Assembly: GCA_022729235.1 (NCBI GenBank)
Contig: JALDAJ010000001.1
Coordinates: 416,001-480,000, forward strand
Direction: 5' to 3'
Source of the DNA: Candidatus Nanohalarchaeota archaeon
Lineage (GTDB): Archaea > Nanohalarchaeota > Nanosalinia > Nanosalinales > Nanosalinaceae
DNA: 64,000 nt
Made by a program: the position numbers and the translations under genes. Numbering within the stretch: the stretch's first letter is position 1; every line of letters begins with the position of its first letter. Positions 29,082-39,972 of the stretch are shown piece by piece. Below the pieces are notes generated by a model. That model saw only the letters and a program-made list of their open reading frames with translations. It did no database searches and had not been told where the DNA came from.

Positions 29082-30047
29082 TCAGAACTTCAGGACGCTC
29101 TCAAGCCCGTTTACAGCTCTTTCGACGTTGGGCATGTAGTAGTCCTCAAGGGTGTAGAGCGGGTAAGGTACGTCCGGTGCGGTGACTCTTTCTACTGGCG
29201 CCTCCATCTTCAGTATGCTTTCCTCCTGGATGCGTGAAGCGATTTCTGCACCGAAACCTCCAGATTTCGGTGCCTCGTGGAGCACCATCGCTCTACCGGT
29301 TTTCTCCACGGATTCCGTAACTGTCTCGAAGTCGGTCGGGTAGATAGTCCTGAGGTCTATTATCTCAACGCTCGCATCTACTTCTTCCACGGCTTCTTCC
29401 GCGACAGGCACCATGGCTCCCCACGCGACCAGCGTCACGTCGTCACCTTCCTTCGCAACCCGGGCTTTCTCGAGTTCTACTTCTTTCTCCCTGTCGACTT
29501 CTTCCTTAAACGCCCTGTACGTTTTCTTCGGCTCAAGGAACACGACCGGGTCATCAAGCTGGATGGATTTTCTCAGCAGCGAGTAAGTGTCCTGCGGTGT
29601 ACTTGGTATAACGACGTGAAGCCCTTGCGAATGCGCGTAGAATGTTTCCGGGCTTTCCTGGTGGTGTTCCAGAGCGTTTATACCCCCGCCGTAAGGCGCC
29701 CTGACTGTTAACGGTGCTGTGTAGTCACCACGACTCCTTATCCTCATACGTGATGCGTGCTCCTTAATCTGGTAGAACGCCAGGTACGAGAACCCGGAAA
29801 ACTGCATCTCCACGACAGGTCGGAAGCCGTACATGCTCATTCCGATAGCGGTACCGGCGATACCGGACTCCGCGAGCGGTGAGGAAAAGCAACGTTTCTC
29901 TCCGAACTCTTCCTGTAACTCTTTCGTGGCGCGGAAAACCCCGCCGTCTTCTCCTACGTCCTCTCCGTACGCGATAACATTTTCATCCGCCTCCATCTCA
30001 TCGTGCAGCGCTGCGTTCACCGCTTCGATTATGTTCATTTTACTCAT
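29082..30047 (-). CDS. pdhB: 2-oxoacid (pyruvate) dehydrogenase E1 beta
   Basis: GEDVG..GGVFRAT, PLAE, E.QF, VFLEPK. Confidence 0.95.
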   Translation of the reverse strand: MSKMNIIEAVNAALHDEMEADENVIAYGEDVGEDGGVFRATKELQEEFGEKRCFSSPLAESGIAGTAIGMSMYGFRPVVEMQFSGFSYLAFYQIKEHASRMRIRSRGDYTAPLTVRAPYGGGINALEHHQESPETFYAHSQGLHVVIPSTPQDTYSLLRKSIQLDDPVVFLEPKKTYRAFKEEVDREKEVELEKARVAKEGDDVTLVAWGAMVPVAEEAVEEVDASVEIIDLRTIYPTDFETVTESVEKTGRAMVLHEAPKSGGFGAEIASRIQEESILKMEAPVERVTAPDVPYPLYTLEDYYMPNVERAVNGLESVLKF

Positions 30048-31095
30048 TTCCGACCACCTCTTCTCTCAGTTCTTCTTTTTCTTCTGCCAGTAGTTCCGGC
30101 ATCTCGCCGTAGACGTAGTCGAACAGTTCGTCGAACTCTGGGTCGTCCATCTCCAGTGCCTTGTTCGCCGCCTCGTCTATCTTCCCCTCAGCCTCTTCCT
30201 CGTAATCTTCCAGTTCATCGCTCCAGATACCTTTCTCTTCCAGGTATTCGCGGAAACGCTTGATTGGGTCGTTTTCCTTCCACTTCTCGACTTCTTCCTC
30301 GTCCCTGTAACGCGAGGAGTCGTCCGAGGTCGTGTGGTCCTCAAGCCTGTACGTCAGCGCCTCTACCAGTACAGGTTCGCCGTTTCGAGCCTTCTCCAGA
30401 GCCTCTCTCGTCGCTTTTATGACTGCCAAGATATCGTTTCCGTCTACCTGTAATCCTTCTATCCCGTACGCCAACGCTTTCTGTGCGATAGTTTCGGATT
30501 TAGTCTGTTTCTCCCTGGGCATGGATATGGCGTACTGGTTGTTCTGTACGAAGAAAACCGAGTGTGCTTCGTAGACTCCTGCGAAGTTCAATGCCTCGTG
30601 GAAGTCGCCCTCGCTGGTGCTTCCATCTCCTGTGAAGCCGATAACTGCGTTATCATCGTCCTTGAAGCTCATCGCCATCCCCAGTCCCGTGGTGTGCAGG
30701 TTCTGCGTCCCGACAGGTATCGCGACAGGTAAAGTATTGAGTTCGGCGAGACCTTTCTGGCCGTTGGCATCTCCCATCCATCTCTGGAATATCTTTTCCA
30801 GTGGCGCACCTCTCATTATGAAGGCTGCGGTCTCCCTGAAAGAGGGAACCATCCAGTCGTCGTCCTTGAGAGCGAACATGGCTCCGATCTGTGCTGCTTC
30901 CTGACCTTTATGAGGGGCATAAGTAGATATGTCGCCCCTGCGCTGGAGCGCGAACGCTTTCTCATCAAACTTCCGGGCGAGCACCATATTTTTGTAGAGC
31001 GTCTTGAGCGCTTCTTCATCCAGGTCGATGTCATCGCCTGCGTCCATTACCTCTACTTTCTCTATAGAACCGGTGTAAACTTCTTCCCGCGCCAT
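30040..31095 (-). CDS. pdhA: 2-oxoacid (pyruvate) dehydrogenase E1 alpha
   Basis: GQEA, GDGSTSEGDFHE...NN TPP motif, HTTSDD; start MAREE. Confidence 0.95.
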   Translation of the reverse strand: MAREEVYTGSIEKVEVMDAGDDIDLDEEALKTLYKNMVLARKFDEKAFALQRRGDISTYAPHKGQEAAQIGAMFALKDDDWMVPSFRETAAFIMRGAPLEKIFQRWMGDANGQKGLAELNTLPVAIPVGTQNLHTTGLGMAMSFKDDDNAVIGFTGDGSTSEGDFHEALNFAGVYEAHSVFFVQNNQYAISMPREKQTKSETIAQKALAYGIEGLQVDGNDILAVIKATREALEKARNGEPVLVEALTYRLEDHTTSDDSSRYRDEEEVEKWKENDPIKRFREYLEEKGIWSDELEDYEEEAEGKIDEAANKALEMDDPEFDELFDYVYGEMPELLAEEKEELREEVVGNE

Positions 31096-31194
31096 TATGT
31101 TTTGTAGAACTTGACGCTCGAATAAAAAGGGTGGTTTGCCACCGTCCAGTGGTCGGACCAACCTATTAATCCGAGAGAAAGGAAAACTTCCTAC

Positions 31195-33231
31195 ATGGAC
31201 CTCGAACCTCTTTTCTCACCCGAGAAAATAGCGGTGGTCGGCGCTTCCCGAGAGGAGGGAAAGACCGGTCACGAGGTTTTTGAGAACCTTCATCACGGTT
31301 TTGAAGGAGAAGTCGTCCCTGTCAACCCGAACGCAGAAACGGTTGAGGGGGAGGAGGCGCTCGATGAAGTACCGGAAGGGACTGATCTCGCTGTTGTAGT
31401 TGTTCCATCTAAAATAGTTCCGGACGTTCTCAGGGATGCCGGCGAGAAAGGAGTTGATGCTGCAATCGTTATCTCCGCAGGATTCTCGGAGACAGGTAAC
31501 GGTGAGCTGGAGGATGAGGTAAGAGGTATCGCAGAGCACGAGAACATAGCACTACTCGGACCGAACGTGCTAGGAATGATTAACACAGAGAACTCGATGA
31601 ACGCCTCTTTCGCCTCCAAGATGCCTGGGGAAGGCTCGATAAGTTTCATGTCGCAGAGCGGGGCGTTCTGCACTGCCATACTTGACTACGCGAAGGCGGA
31701 GCACATCGGCTTCCGCCATTTTGTGTCACTGGGTAACAAGGCGATGCTTAACGAGGTCGACCTTCTGGAGTACTGGAAGGATGATGATACGGATACGATA
31801 ATAGGGTACACGGAAGGTATCGACAATGGACGGGAGTTCCTGGAGACCGCGAGAGAGGTTTCGAAGGAGAAGCCTATCGTCATGGTTAAGTCGGGTAGGA
31901 GCGATGAAGGAGGGAAGGCAGCTAGTTCTCATACAGGGAGCATCGCGGGGAGCTACGAGGCTTATAACGCCGCTTTTAGACAGGCTGGTATAATCGAGGC
32001 GGAGTCCAACCGTGAACTGCTGGACTACGGTCGCGCATTGGCTTATCAGCCGCTCCCGGATGGGGAAAACGTGGCTGTTGTTACAAATGCCGGAGGTCCT
32101 GGTGTCATCACGACCGATGAGATAGCAGAGCACGGGCTTGAACTCGCGGAATTCTCGGACATCACCCGAGAAGAACTTGAAAGCTCTATGCCTGCCGAGG
32201 CAGCGCCCGAGAACCCGATGGATGTGATAGGAGATGCTGGACACGACCGCTACAGGGACGCACTGGATGCGGTTATGAAGGACGAGAATGTTGACGCGGT
32301 GGTCGTGATACTGACACCGCAGGCGAATACTGAGATAGAGAAGACTGCTAGAACAGTTGTCAAGGCGTCCGAGAAATATGACAAGCCAGTGATGGCTTCG
32401 TTCATGGGAGAGCAAGACGTTTCGAAAGGACTTGATATTCTTGAGAAGGGAGAGGTCCCCGATTTCCAAGACCCTGTGGACGCGGTTAAGGCTCTGGAGG
32501 CGATGAACGAGTATAGAGAATACCGTGAAGGCGAGAAAACCTATCCTGATATTGACTACGACAGAGAGAAGTCGGAAGACGCCGTCGGAGATCTGCCCGG
32601 ATTCGATGCTAGAAAGAGGCTTTTCGATGCCTATGGATTCACTCTACCGCTGACCGTGCTGGCGGATACACCAAAGGAAGTATCCGAAGCGTTCTCACGC
32701 GTGGGAGGTCCTGCCGTGATGAAGGTTGAATCTTCCGGTATACACCACAAGACCGACATGGACGGCGTAAGGACAGGGCTGGAGACAAAGGAGGAGGTCA
32801 AGCGTGCTTTCAACGAGATTTACGACAACGTGTACCACGATACCGGCGGTGGTGAAATCGATGGCATGCTGGTGCAGGAACAGCTCGATGGGCTGGAAGT
32901 AGCGGTTGGGATGAAACGCGACCCGCAGTTCGGTCCGATGGTGATGGTCGGTCTCGGCGGTATCTACATAGAAGCCTTGAACGATGTCTCCTTCGGCATC
33001 GCCCCTGTCAGCGAAGAGGAGGCGGAGCGGATGATCAAGGAGCTGCGCTCGCATGAATTATTCGAGGGCGTCCGCGGAGAGGAACACTCGCTGGAGCCAG
33101 TGAAAGACGCTATCATGAGACTCGGTGAACTAGCACTCAACCACGAGGAGATCCAGAGTATTGACATCAACCCGCTCATACTGAAGAAGGATAAAGCATA
33201 TGCGGCGGACGTTAAGGTTGATCTGGGCTAA
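31195..33231 (+). CDS. ADP-forming acetate-CoA ligase, fused alpha-beta
   Basis: GAS, GPN, SQSG, SHTG phospho-His, NP.D, HKTD, DINP. Confidence 0.92.
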   Translation: MDLEPLFSPEKIAVVGASREEGKTGHEVFENLHHGFEGEVVPVNPNAETVEGEEALDEVPEGTDLAVVVVPSKIVPDVLRDAGEKGVDAAIVISAGFSETGNGELEDEVRGIAEHENIALLGPNVLGMINTENSMNASFASKMPGEGSISFMSQSGAFCTAILDYAKAEHIGFRHFVSLGNKAMLNEVDLLEYWKDDDTDTIIGYTEGIDNGREFLETAREVSKEKPIVMVKSGRSDEGGKAASSHTGSIAGSYEAYNAAFRQAGIIEAESNRELLDYGRALAYQPLPDGENVAVVTNAGGPGVITTDEIAEHGLELAEFSDITREELESSMPAEAAPENPMDVIGDAGHDRYRDALDAVMKDENVDAVVVILTPQANTEIEKTARTVVKASEKYDKPVMASFMGEQDVSKGLDILEKGEVPDFQDPVDAVKALEAMNEYREYREGEKTYPDIDYDREKSEDAVGDLPGFDARKRLFDAYGFTLPLTVLADTPKEVSEAFSRVGGPAVMKVESSGIHHKTDMDGVRTGLETKEEVKRAFNEIYDNVYHDTGGGEIDGMLVQEQLDGLEVAVGMKRDPQFGPMVMVGLGGIYIEALNDVSFGIAPVSEEEAERMIKELRSHELFEGVRGEEHSLEPVKDAIMRLGELALNHEEIQSIDINPLILKKDKAYAADVKVDLG

Positions 33232-33281
33232 CTATATTCTGGAGGGAAGATTAAAATGGATTGTTTTGAATTGTTTTTCTG

Positions 33282-33491
33282 ATGGACGAGTCTCTTCGTG
33301 CGATCAATAGGCTGTCTCAGGAGGGAACCCGTATAGGAGATGATCCGGAACTTGCTGAACTACATATAAAGGCGTCTCGCCACTTTGGAGCTGCTACCAG
33401 GGAAAGTTACGATGGTGATAGGGACGTAGCGATTTACGAGATGGAACAGGTGGACAGAACCCTATCTCAACTTCGGGCGACCGTCGGATGA
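33282..33491 (+). CDS. Small hypothetical protein
   Basis: 69-aa acidic ATG ORF filling the gap. Confidence 0.45.
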   Translation: MDESLRAINRLSQEGTRIGDDPELAELHIKASRHFGAATRESYDGDRDVAIYEMEQVDRTLSQLRATVG

Positions 33492-33574
33492 AATCGGATT
33501 ACATAGGCTAGTTGTAATTCGTGTATACTGCTGGATGGAAAGGGTTTAACTGTTTTAACCCCGAGTATAGATTC

Positions 33575-34465
33575 ATGGACGAGGAAGCAAAGGAGAATTA
33601 TATCCGGGCTGGCGAGGTCATACAGGACGCGAGGCAGAAAGCGAGAGAGGTCTCGGAGCCCGGGACTAACGTGAAGGTTATCGCGGAAGAGGTAGAAGGT
33701 TTGATACGTGATGAGGGGCTTGAGACGGCTTTCCCTGTCAATATATCTATCAATGATGAGGCAGCGCACTACACGCCCGCGCCTGACGAAGACCGGGTTC
33801 TAAAGGAGGATGACGTACTGAAAATCGATATCGGCGCCCACAGCGAGGGCTACATCGCGGACACCGCGTTAACTGTTAATCCTTCTGGCAAGCACCAGGA
33901 AGTAATCGATACTGTAGAAGAGGTTCTTGCGTCCGCGTTGGAGTTCATTGAGCCAGGAATCACGATAGAGGAGTTCGGCTCGTACGTTGAGAAACAGGTG
34001 CCCCCGCAGTACAATGTTATCAGGAACCTGACCGGTCACTACCTTGGGCGTTATACCCAGCACGCGGGTGTTTCCATCCCGAACATAGACAACGCGAGTT
34101 CCCACGAGTTCCAGGAAGGTGATGCTGTCGCGATTGAGCCGTTTATCACGACTGGTGCGGGAAGTATCAAGGAGGGTAAGCCCGGCAATATCTACAAGCA
34201 GGAGAACGACAGGAACGTTAGAGGTCGGCACCAGAGAAAGCTCCTGGGCGAGATCAAAGACTTCAACGGTCTCCCGTTTACCTCCCGCTGGCTCTCCTCG
34301 TTTTCAGGGAGGGAGAAGATGGCGATGAAGAAGTTAATCGATGCGGGTGTTGTACACTCTTACCCGGTTCTCAATGAAGTCGACGGTGGCATCGTAGCAC
34401 AGGCTGAGCATACTGTTCTTGTAGGTGTCGATGACGGCGATAATATAGTTACGACGAGAAATTGA
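33575..34465 (+). CDS. map: Methionine aminopeptidase type II
   Basis: AFP, AAHY, DIG.H..G.IAD.A, NLTGH, EPF, Q.EHT; start MDEEA. Confidence 0.95.
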   Translation: MDEEAKENYIRAGEVIQDARQKAREVSEPGTNVKVIAEEVEGLIRDEGLETAFPVNISINDEAAHYTPAPDEDRVLKEDDVLKIDIGAHSEGYIADTALTVNPSGKHQEVIDTVEEVLASALEFIEPGITIEEFGSYVEKQVPPQYNVIRNLTGHYLGRYTQHAGVSIPNIDNASSHEFQEGDAVAIEPFITTGAGSIKEGKPGNIYKQENDRNVRGRHQRKLLGEIKDFNGLPFTSRWLSSFSGREKMAMKKLIDAGVVHSYPVLNEVDGGIVAQAEHTVLVGVDDGDNIVTTRN

Positions 34466-34982
34466 CTCTGCAAACCTCTCCGCTCTGCTCCAGGAGGTAG
34501 AAACTAGATGTCAGGAGTATGGCGAGGACGAACAGGTTTATCTCTATACCATTGAAGGGTAGGAGACCGATAGGTATTGATAATCCGACCAGAGTAACGG
34601 CGCCTGCAGTGCACGCGGCGCATGCAGGGGCAGCTCCTGCGACGACTACTCCTCCGAGAGAGCCTGCGGATCCTGTAGCTGGTGAGCTAGATAGTATGGT
34701 GTTGATGAGTACTGAGACGTTGACTCCTACCGCGACTGAAACTGCTGTTGCTAGCAGGAAAACGGGTGTAGATACTGTAGCGGGGAATCCGGCGACGAGT
34801 TCGTAAGTTATCACCAGGAAAGAGGAGAGATTGCCTGATATGAGTGTGCCTGTCAAAAGCGAGAGGTTTGGAAAGACTGCGTAGAGGCTGTAAGCTATGA
34901 GTCCTGAAATCCCTGTTAGGATGAGAAAAAATTCTTCTTTGTGGAGTTCTACTATTTTACCTGCGTTTTTTCTGTTGAACAT
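34449..34982 (-). CDS. Membrane protein with CxxC motif
   Basis: About 4 TM segments with APACAAC; start overlaps the stop of the DsbA-like gene. Confidence 0.7.
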   Translation of the reverse strand: MFNRKNAGKIVELHKEEFFLILTGISGLIAYSLYAVFPNLSLLTGTLISGNLSSFLVITYELVAGFPATVSTPVFLLATAVSVAVGVNVSVLINTILSSSPATGSAGSLGGVVVAGAAPACAACTAGAVTLVGLSIPIGLLPFNGIEINLFVLAILLTSSFYLLEQSGEVCRVNFSS

Positions 34983-35968
34983 CAGTTCAGCTGGTTCTCG
35001 ATTAACTGTCTGAAGGTTTCATACGACTGCGCCCCTCGTACCTCTTCCCCATTTACAAACACCCATGGTGTTGCTTCGACGCCCAGATTCTGGGCTTCCT
35101 CGAAATCCTGTTGCAGGATGGATTCGGTTCCACTGTTTTCAACACAACTATCGAACTCTTCTTGGTCTATACCCATAGGTTCAGCCCAACTTACTATTTC
35201 CTCCTGGTATGCCTGCGGGTTCTCCTGCTGTAGTGACCTCAGTTGTTCAAAGTTTTCAAAGTGATTGTACTTAAACAGCCAAAATGCTTCTGCAGACTGT
35301 TGAGCAACACACTCTGATGCTATCGCCGGCATTTCTCCCCCGACTACTGGGAAATGTTTGTAGAACATCTGTACCTGTCCGTCTTCAGCGTATTCTTCAA
35401 CTATCTGTGGGAAGGTCTCTGTGTTATGTCTGGCGCAGAACGGACAGAAGAAGTCTTCATAGGAAACTATCTGGACCTCTGCGTCAGGACTACCCAGGTA
35501 AGGTTGACCCTCAACATCTACAGTATCTCCGTTCCAGTCAAGCGTACCGCTGGCAGTACCGATTTCGGCATCGTAAGGTAGCTCAGAGGTGAAAGTTATC
35601 TCTCCGGTATCCGTCTCCTGGGTGCCGGCATCTTGACCTCCTGTGTCAGAGCCCTGCTGTGTTGGTGCTTGCTGGTCGCCCATGTCTCCTGATAACCGAT
35701 CCATAGCTGCGGGAGTATCTCCTATAAGAAGACCTCCGCTCAGTCCTACAAAAACTCCGAAGATAAAACATGTGGCTGCAATACTTTTTATACCCAGTTC
35801 GATACTGATCTCCTGTTGCCCGAAACTCTCTTCTTCCTGGCTTTCGGAATCTTCACCCTCCTGTTCTTCATCCATGTCAGGGTGTGACTGTGTCTGGTGA
35901 CTGCTTAAACCTCTCTTGGTATCAAATGTTCTCCCACAGAGATTGCACGGGAACTCTTCTTCGGACAT
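34982..35968 (-). CDS. DsbA-family thioredoxin with N-terminal C2H2 zinc finger and TM anchor
   Basis: CNLC...F.....L..H...H, TM helix, DFFCPFC, GV.ATP..FVNG. Confidence 0.88.
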   Translation of the reverse strand: MSEEEFPCNLCGRTFDTKRGLSSHQTQSHPDMDEEQEGEDSESQEEESFGQQEISIELGIKSIAATCFIFGVFVGLSGGLLIGDTPAAMDRLSGDMGDQQAPTQQGSDTGGQDAGTQETDTGEITFTSELPYDAEIGTASGTLDWNGDTVDVEGQPYLGSPDAEVQIVSYEDFFCPFCARHNTETFPQIVEEYAEDGQVQMFYKHFPVVGGEMPAIASECVAQQSAEAFWLFKYNHFENFEQLRSLQQENPQAYQEEIVSWAEPMGIDQEEFDSCVENSGTESILQQDFEEAQNLGVEATPWVFVNGEEVRGAQSYETFRQLIENQLN

Positions 35969-36039
35969 CAGTAGTCCTATTTTGATAGAGGATTCTTATA
36001 AGATATCGGTATCAGAGCCAGATAACTATCCTGGAGGAA

Positions 36040-38316
36040 TCAGGCGTAGTAGTCGGGCTGGTCCTCTTCTGGTTGTTCGATCTCTTCCATGCGCCGCATC
36101 ATCTGCTTGTAGTGCTCCCTGTTTTCATCGGTCGCTGTCGGTCGCACTTCTTCAAGAGCGTCCTCGAAGTCTTCCATCTTCACTTCGTCGCTTTCTGTAT
36201 CGCGCCGGAGTGCGAACATCCCTGCTTCCCTGCACACGGACTCGATATCCGATCCTACGTAACCGTCCGACATCCGTGCGAGCTTTTCAAGGTCGACCCC
36301 ATCTGCGAGCGGCATGTCGCCGGTGTGAACCTCATAGATTTTCTTCCTCCCCTCTATTTCAGGTACCTCGACCTCTAGCGAGCGGTCGATACGTCCTGGT
36401 CGTGTTATAGCAGGGTCGATCATGTCCGGTCGGTTAGTGGCTGCTATAACTGTTACGCCTTCAAGCGACTCGATTCCGTCCAGTTCAGTCAGGAGCTGGT
36501 TGACCACGCGGTCGCCTACACCAGAGTCTGTCCTGGAGCCTCTCCGGGTCGCGATGGAGTCGATTTCGTCGATGAATAGTATGCAGGGCGCGACCTGGCG
36601 GGCTTTTTTGAACACTTCTCTTACAGATTCTTCTGATTCTCCGACGTACTTTGACAGGAGTTCAGGACCGTTAATGGATATGAAGTTCGCATTAGCCTCG
36701 TTCGCGACTGCTTTCGCCAACAGTGTCTTACCTGTCCCGGGCATGCCGTAAAGCATTATGCCTTTTGGAACCTCGATGCCCATACGGTCAAACCGTTCCG
36801 GGTAGCGTTGCGGCCATTCAACCATCTCTCTCAACTGATCTTTTGCCTCGTCAAGACCTCCAACATCTTCCCACGTAACTTTCGGTATCTCGACCATGAC
36901 CTCTCTCATCGCGGACGGTTCTACCTGTCTTATACCTTCTATCATCGCATCCCTGTCCACGACCAGCTTCTCCATTACGTCGCTCGGAATCTCCTCGTCG
37001 AGGTCTATCTCCGGTAGTACATCTCTTAATACGGACATCGCTGCTTCTTTCGCGACCGCTTCAATATCTGCGCCGACGTAGCCGTGAGTCATCTCCGCGA
37101 GTTCGTCCAGGTCGACTTCGTCGGTTAAAGGCATGTTCCGGGTGTGGATCTGGAATACTTCTTTCCGACCTTTCTCGTTTGGAACCCCGATCTCGATTTC
37201 ACGGTCGAATCTTCCACCTCTTCTGAGGGCTTCATCTACCGCGTCTACCCTGTTGGTGGCGGCTATAACGATAACGTTTTCACGTTCTTCCAGTCCGTCC
37301 ATGAGTGAGAGTAACTGTGCGACGACTCTGCGCTCAACCTCTCCACCGACTTCGCTTCTCTTCGCGGCGATTGCGTCTATCTCGTCGATGAAGATGATGG
37401 CAGGCGCGTTCTCCTGTGCTTCCTCGAATTTTTCTCTTAACTGTTTCTCGGATTCTCCGTAGTATTTCGACATGATTTCCGGTCCGTTGATGGATAGGAA
37501 GGTCGCGTCGCTTTCGTTTGCGACTGCTTTCGCCAACAGTGTCTTACCGGTTCCCGGTGGACCGTGCAGTAAAACGCCTGATGGTGCGTCTATCCCGAGC
37601 TGCTGGAACACCTCTGGGTGCTTCAGCGGTAGTTCTATCATCTCCCGGACGTGCTGTATCTCCTGCTCCAGTCCACCTATGTCTTCGTAGGTGACCTCGG
37701 GGACGCGTACCTGCTGCTGTTCTTCGGGTTCGACGGACTGTTGACGCATCTCTATCTCCGTCTGTTCTGTAATCTTTACAGGTCCCTGTGGGGTGGTGTC
37801 GACAACGGTCAGCTTAGTCTCTGCCCCGAACCCCATCCGTAGGCTTTCTGTTTCCATGTCGAAGAAGTCGTCGAAAAGTGATTTGCGCCGATCTTTGCCA
37901 TCGGGGACTATTATATCGCCCTGCATAACTGCACGGTCTTTCAGGGCGCGCCTGAAGATGTTTGGGTCAGAAACCTGTATCATGACACCTTCTTCTGCGG
38001 GTGCCAGCGTGATCTTCTTTGCCTCCTTGAGTTCGGCGCGTTCTACATTCACTTTTTCGCCGAGGGATGTGCCGGCGTTTTTACGCATGTAGCCGTCTAT
38101 CCTCGCGATACCGAGCCCCTTGTCCGCAGGGTATGAGCGTGCGACTCTGCCGACTGTTTTCCGGTCACCCTGTATTATTACAGCGTCTCCTTCTGTAACG
38201 TTTAACTCTTCCATGACTTTGGAGTCGATTCTCACGATTCCTCTGCCGATGTCCTGCTGTGCGTTTGGAGGTACTTCGCCTACCCGTAGTCTTACGCTTT
38301 CGTCGTCTTCTGCCAT
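36040..38316 (-). CDS. cdc48: CDC48/VAT AAA+ ATPase
   Basis: N domain plus two AAA modules ([16 protein letters not shown]); C-terminal YYA. Confidence 0.97.
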   Translation of the reverse strand: MAEDDESVRLRVGEVPPNAQQDIGRGIVRIDSKVMEELNVTEGDAVIIQGDRKTVGRVARSYPADKGLGIARIDGYMRKNAGTSLGEKVNVERAELKEAKKITLAPAEEGVMIQVSDPNIFRRALKDRAVMQGDIIVPDGKDRRKSLFDDFFDMETESLRMGFGAETKLTVVDTTPQGPVKITEQTEIEMRQQSVEPEEQQQVRVPEVTYEDIGGLEQEIQHVREMIELPLKHPEVFQQLGIDAPSGVLLHGPPGTGKTLLAKAVANESDATFLSINGPEIMSKYYGESEKQLREKFEEAQENAPAIIFIDEIDAIAAKRSEVGGEVERRVVAQLLSLMDGLEERENVIVIAATNRVDAVDEALRRGGRFDREIEIGVPNEKGRKEVFQIHTRNMPLTDEVDLDELAEMTHGYVGADIEAVAKEAAMSVLRDVLPEIDLDEEIPSDVMEKLVVDRDAMIEGIRQVEPSAMREVMVEIPKVTWEDVGGLDEAKDQLREMVEWPQRYPERFDRMGIEVPKGIMLYGMPGTGKTLLAKAVANEANANFISINGPELLSKYVGESEESVREVFKKARQVAPCILFIDEIDSIATRRGSRTDSGVGDRVVNQLLTELDGIESLEGVTVIAATNRPDMIDPAITRPGRIDRSLEVEVPEIEGRKKIYEVHTGDMPLADGVDLEKLARMSDGYVGSDIESVCREAGMFALRRDTESDEVKMEDFEDALEEVRPTATDENREHYKQMMRRMEEIEQPEEDQPDYYA

Positions 38317-38642
38317 TATACTTCACCTTTTATCTTGTCAAGTATGTTTTGATCCTCGATTATTACCGTGAATATGTGATAGGAGACCTTGTCTCCCCAC
38401 TTTGAAAAGTATTCCTCCACCCTGTCTATTGTTCGATCAGGAATTATAAACACCGAGTCATCTATCCGTACATTTGGTATCCTGTCGATAAGACCGTCCT
38501 TGTCGTACTCGTACTTCTTTCCATTTTTCTTTACGGTCTGCCTGTAGCCGAACAGTCCGCGGTAAAACTTGTTGCGCTCATATACTGACTCGAACTTTTC
38601 CCGCTCGGTGTTGTATGTCAGTAGGGAGGCTTCTTCCGGCAT
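38316..38642 (-). CDS. Hypothetical protein translationally coupled to cdc48
   Basis: Stop overlaps the cdc48 ATG; TTTAAA box upstream. Confidence 0.7.
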   Translation of the reverse strand: MPEEASLLTYNTEREKFESVYERNKFYRGLFGYRQTVKKNGKKYEYDKDGLIDRIPNVRIDDSVFIIPDRTIDRVEEYFSKWGDKVSYHIFTVIIEDQNILDKIKGEV

Positions 38643-38734
38643 ACAGTTATTTTTGATGACAACATTTAAATCTGTTTTATGGACGTGAATAAAAATAGCC
38701 TTAGTTTTAATTTATCGGAAATAGTGTTTCACCT

Positions 38735-39208
38735 ATGAGAGATATAGAAGACGTGACGAACCTTGAAGCGGTAGCCCAGAGAGGTTTCGAGGAGCTGACT
38801 AGCATGGGCTCTCTATACCTGGTGCTGGTCTACGTGGTGACACTTGAGCTCATCGGAGAGAAAGTCACGGGGAGGCTACTCGCTACCGCCGCTGTCCTGA
38901 ACTCGGTCGTGGTTTTCGGCATCAAAATGATTGCTTCACGCCCGCGCCCCGAGGCGGGTGAAGTATTCCTGACATCCTCATTCCCGTCCGGTCACGCCGC
39001 GACAGCTTTCATGGCTGCCGCCGTCCTCGGTCACCGCTACCCGGAACTGCGATACTGGCTTCTCATTCTCGCATCGGTGGTAGGAGTCTCAAGACTCGTG
39101 ATCGGCGCACACTTTTTCGCGGATGTCGCCGTCGGGGCGCTTATAGGTTACACCATCGGACTGCTGACCACATGGAAACTGGAGCCGAGGCTGGAAAGTC
39201 AGGGATAA
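38735..39208 (+). CDS. PAP2 family membrane phosphatase
   Basis: K.....RP, SFPSGH, SR....AH...DV..G. Confidence 0.92.
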   Translation: MRDIEDVTNLEAVAQRGFEELTSMGSLYLVLVYVVTLELIGEKVTGRLLATAAVLNSVVVFGIKMIASRPRPEAGEVFLTSSFPSGHAATAFMAAAVLGHRYPELRYWLLILASVVGVSRLVIGAHFFADVAVGALIGYTIGLLTTWKLEPRLESQG

Positions 39209-39232
39209 AAGAATTCCATCAAAGTTCTTCAT

Positions 39233-39922
39233 GTGAAAGTAAAACGCCTATCCACAGGCTCGAAACCTATAGACTCGCTGCTGGGGGGTGGAATAGAGAG
39301 AGGAATTATCACTAATGTCTTCGGCGAGTCAGGCTCCGGAAAGACAAATGTCTGCGTCCAGGTAGCTGCCGAGGTCGCGATGGACGGCGGGAAAGTTGCC
39401 TATATCGATACAGAGAAAGGTTTCTCCGCTGAACGATTCGTACAGGTCGCGGACGAGGAGTCGCTTGAGAACGTTCACGTCATGGAGCCTACGACGTTCC
39501 AGGAGCAGGAAAAGGATATCAAGTCGCTCCCGGGACTTGTGGAAAAAGAAGATATCGACCTGATTGTTGTGGATTCTCTGGTCTCTCTTTACCGGCTGAA
39601 CACGAACGGGGAGAACGTTTCAGAGATCAACCAGGAACTGTCCCAGCAACTCTCTGTTCTTTCAAAGATTGCGAGACAGGAGGATATACCTGTGCTCGTG
39701 ACCAACCAGGTATACACAAATTTCGACGAGGATGAACTGGAGCTGGTAGGACGAGACGTTCCGCGTTACTGGTCGAAGTGCCTGCTCAAGCTCTCCTATG
39801 AGGACAAGAGCCTGCGGAAAATCGAGGTCGAGAAACACCGATCCCTCCCGGAAGGAAAGGCGCAGAGGTTCAAGATCGTGAACGATGGACTCAAGAAACC
39901 GGATAAGAAGGGACTGTTCTAA
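39233..39922 (+). CDS. radB: DNA repair protein RadB
   Basis: GESGSGKT, no N-terminal domain, C-terminal KHR motif. Confidence 0.93.
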   Translation: MKVKRLSTGSKPIDSLLGGGIERGIITNVFGESGSGKTNVCVQVAAEVAMDGGKVAYIDTEKGFSAERFVQVADEESLENVHVMEPTTFQEQEKDIKSLPGLVEKEDIDLIVVDSLVSLYRLNTNGENVSEINQELSQQLSVLSKIARQEDIPVLVTNQVYTNFDEDELELVGRDVPRYWSKCLLKLSYEDKSLRKIEVEKHRSLPEGKAQRFKIVNDGLKKPDKKGLF

Positions 39923-39972
39923 GATTATAGCCCTCAAGACTTATACAGGTGCCAGAGTACTTGGTTTCTATA

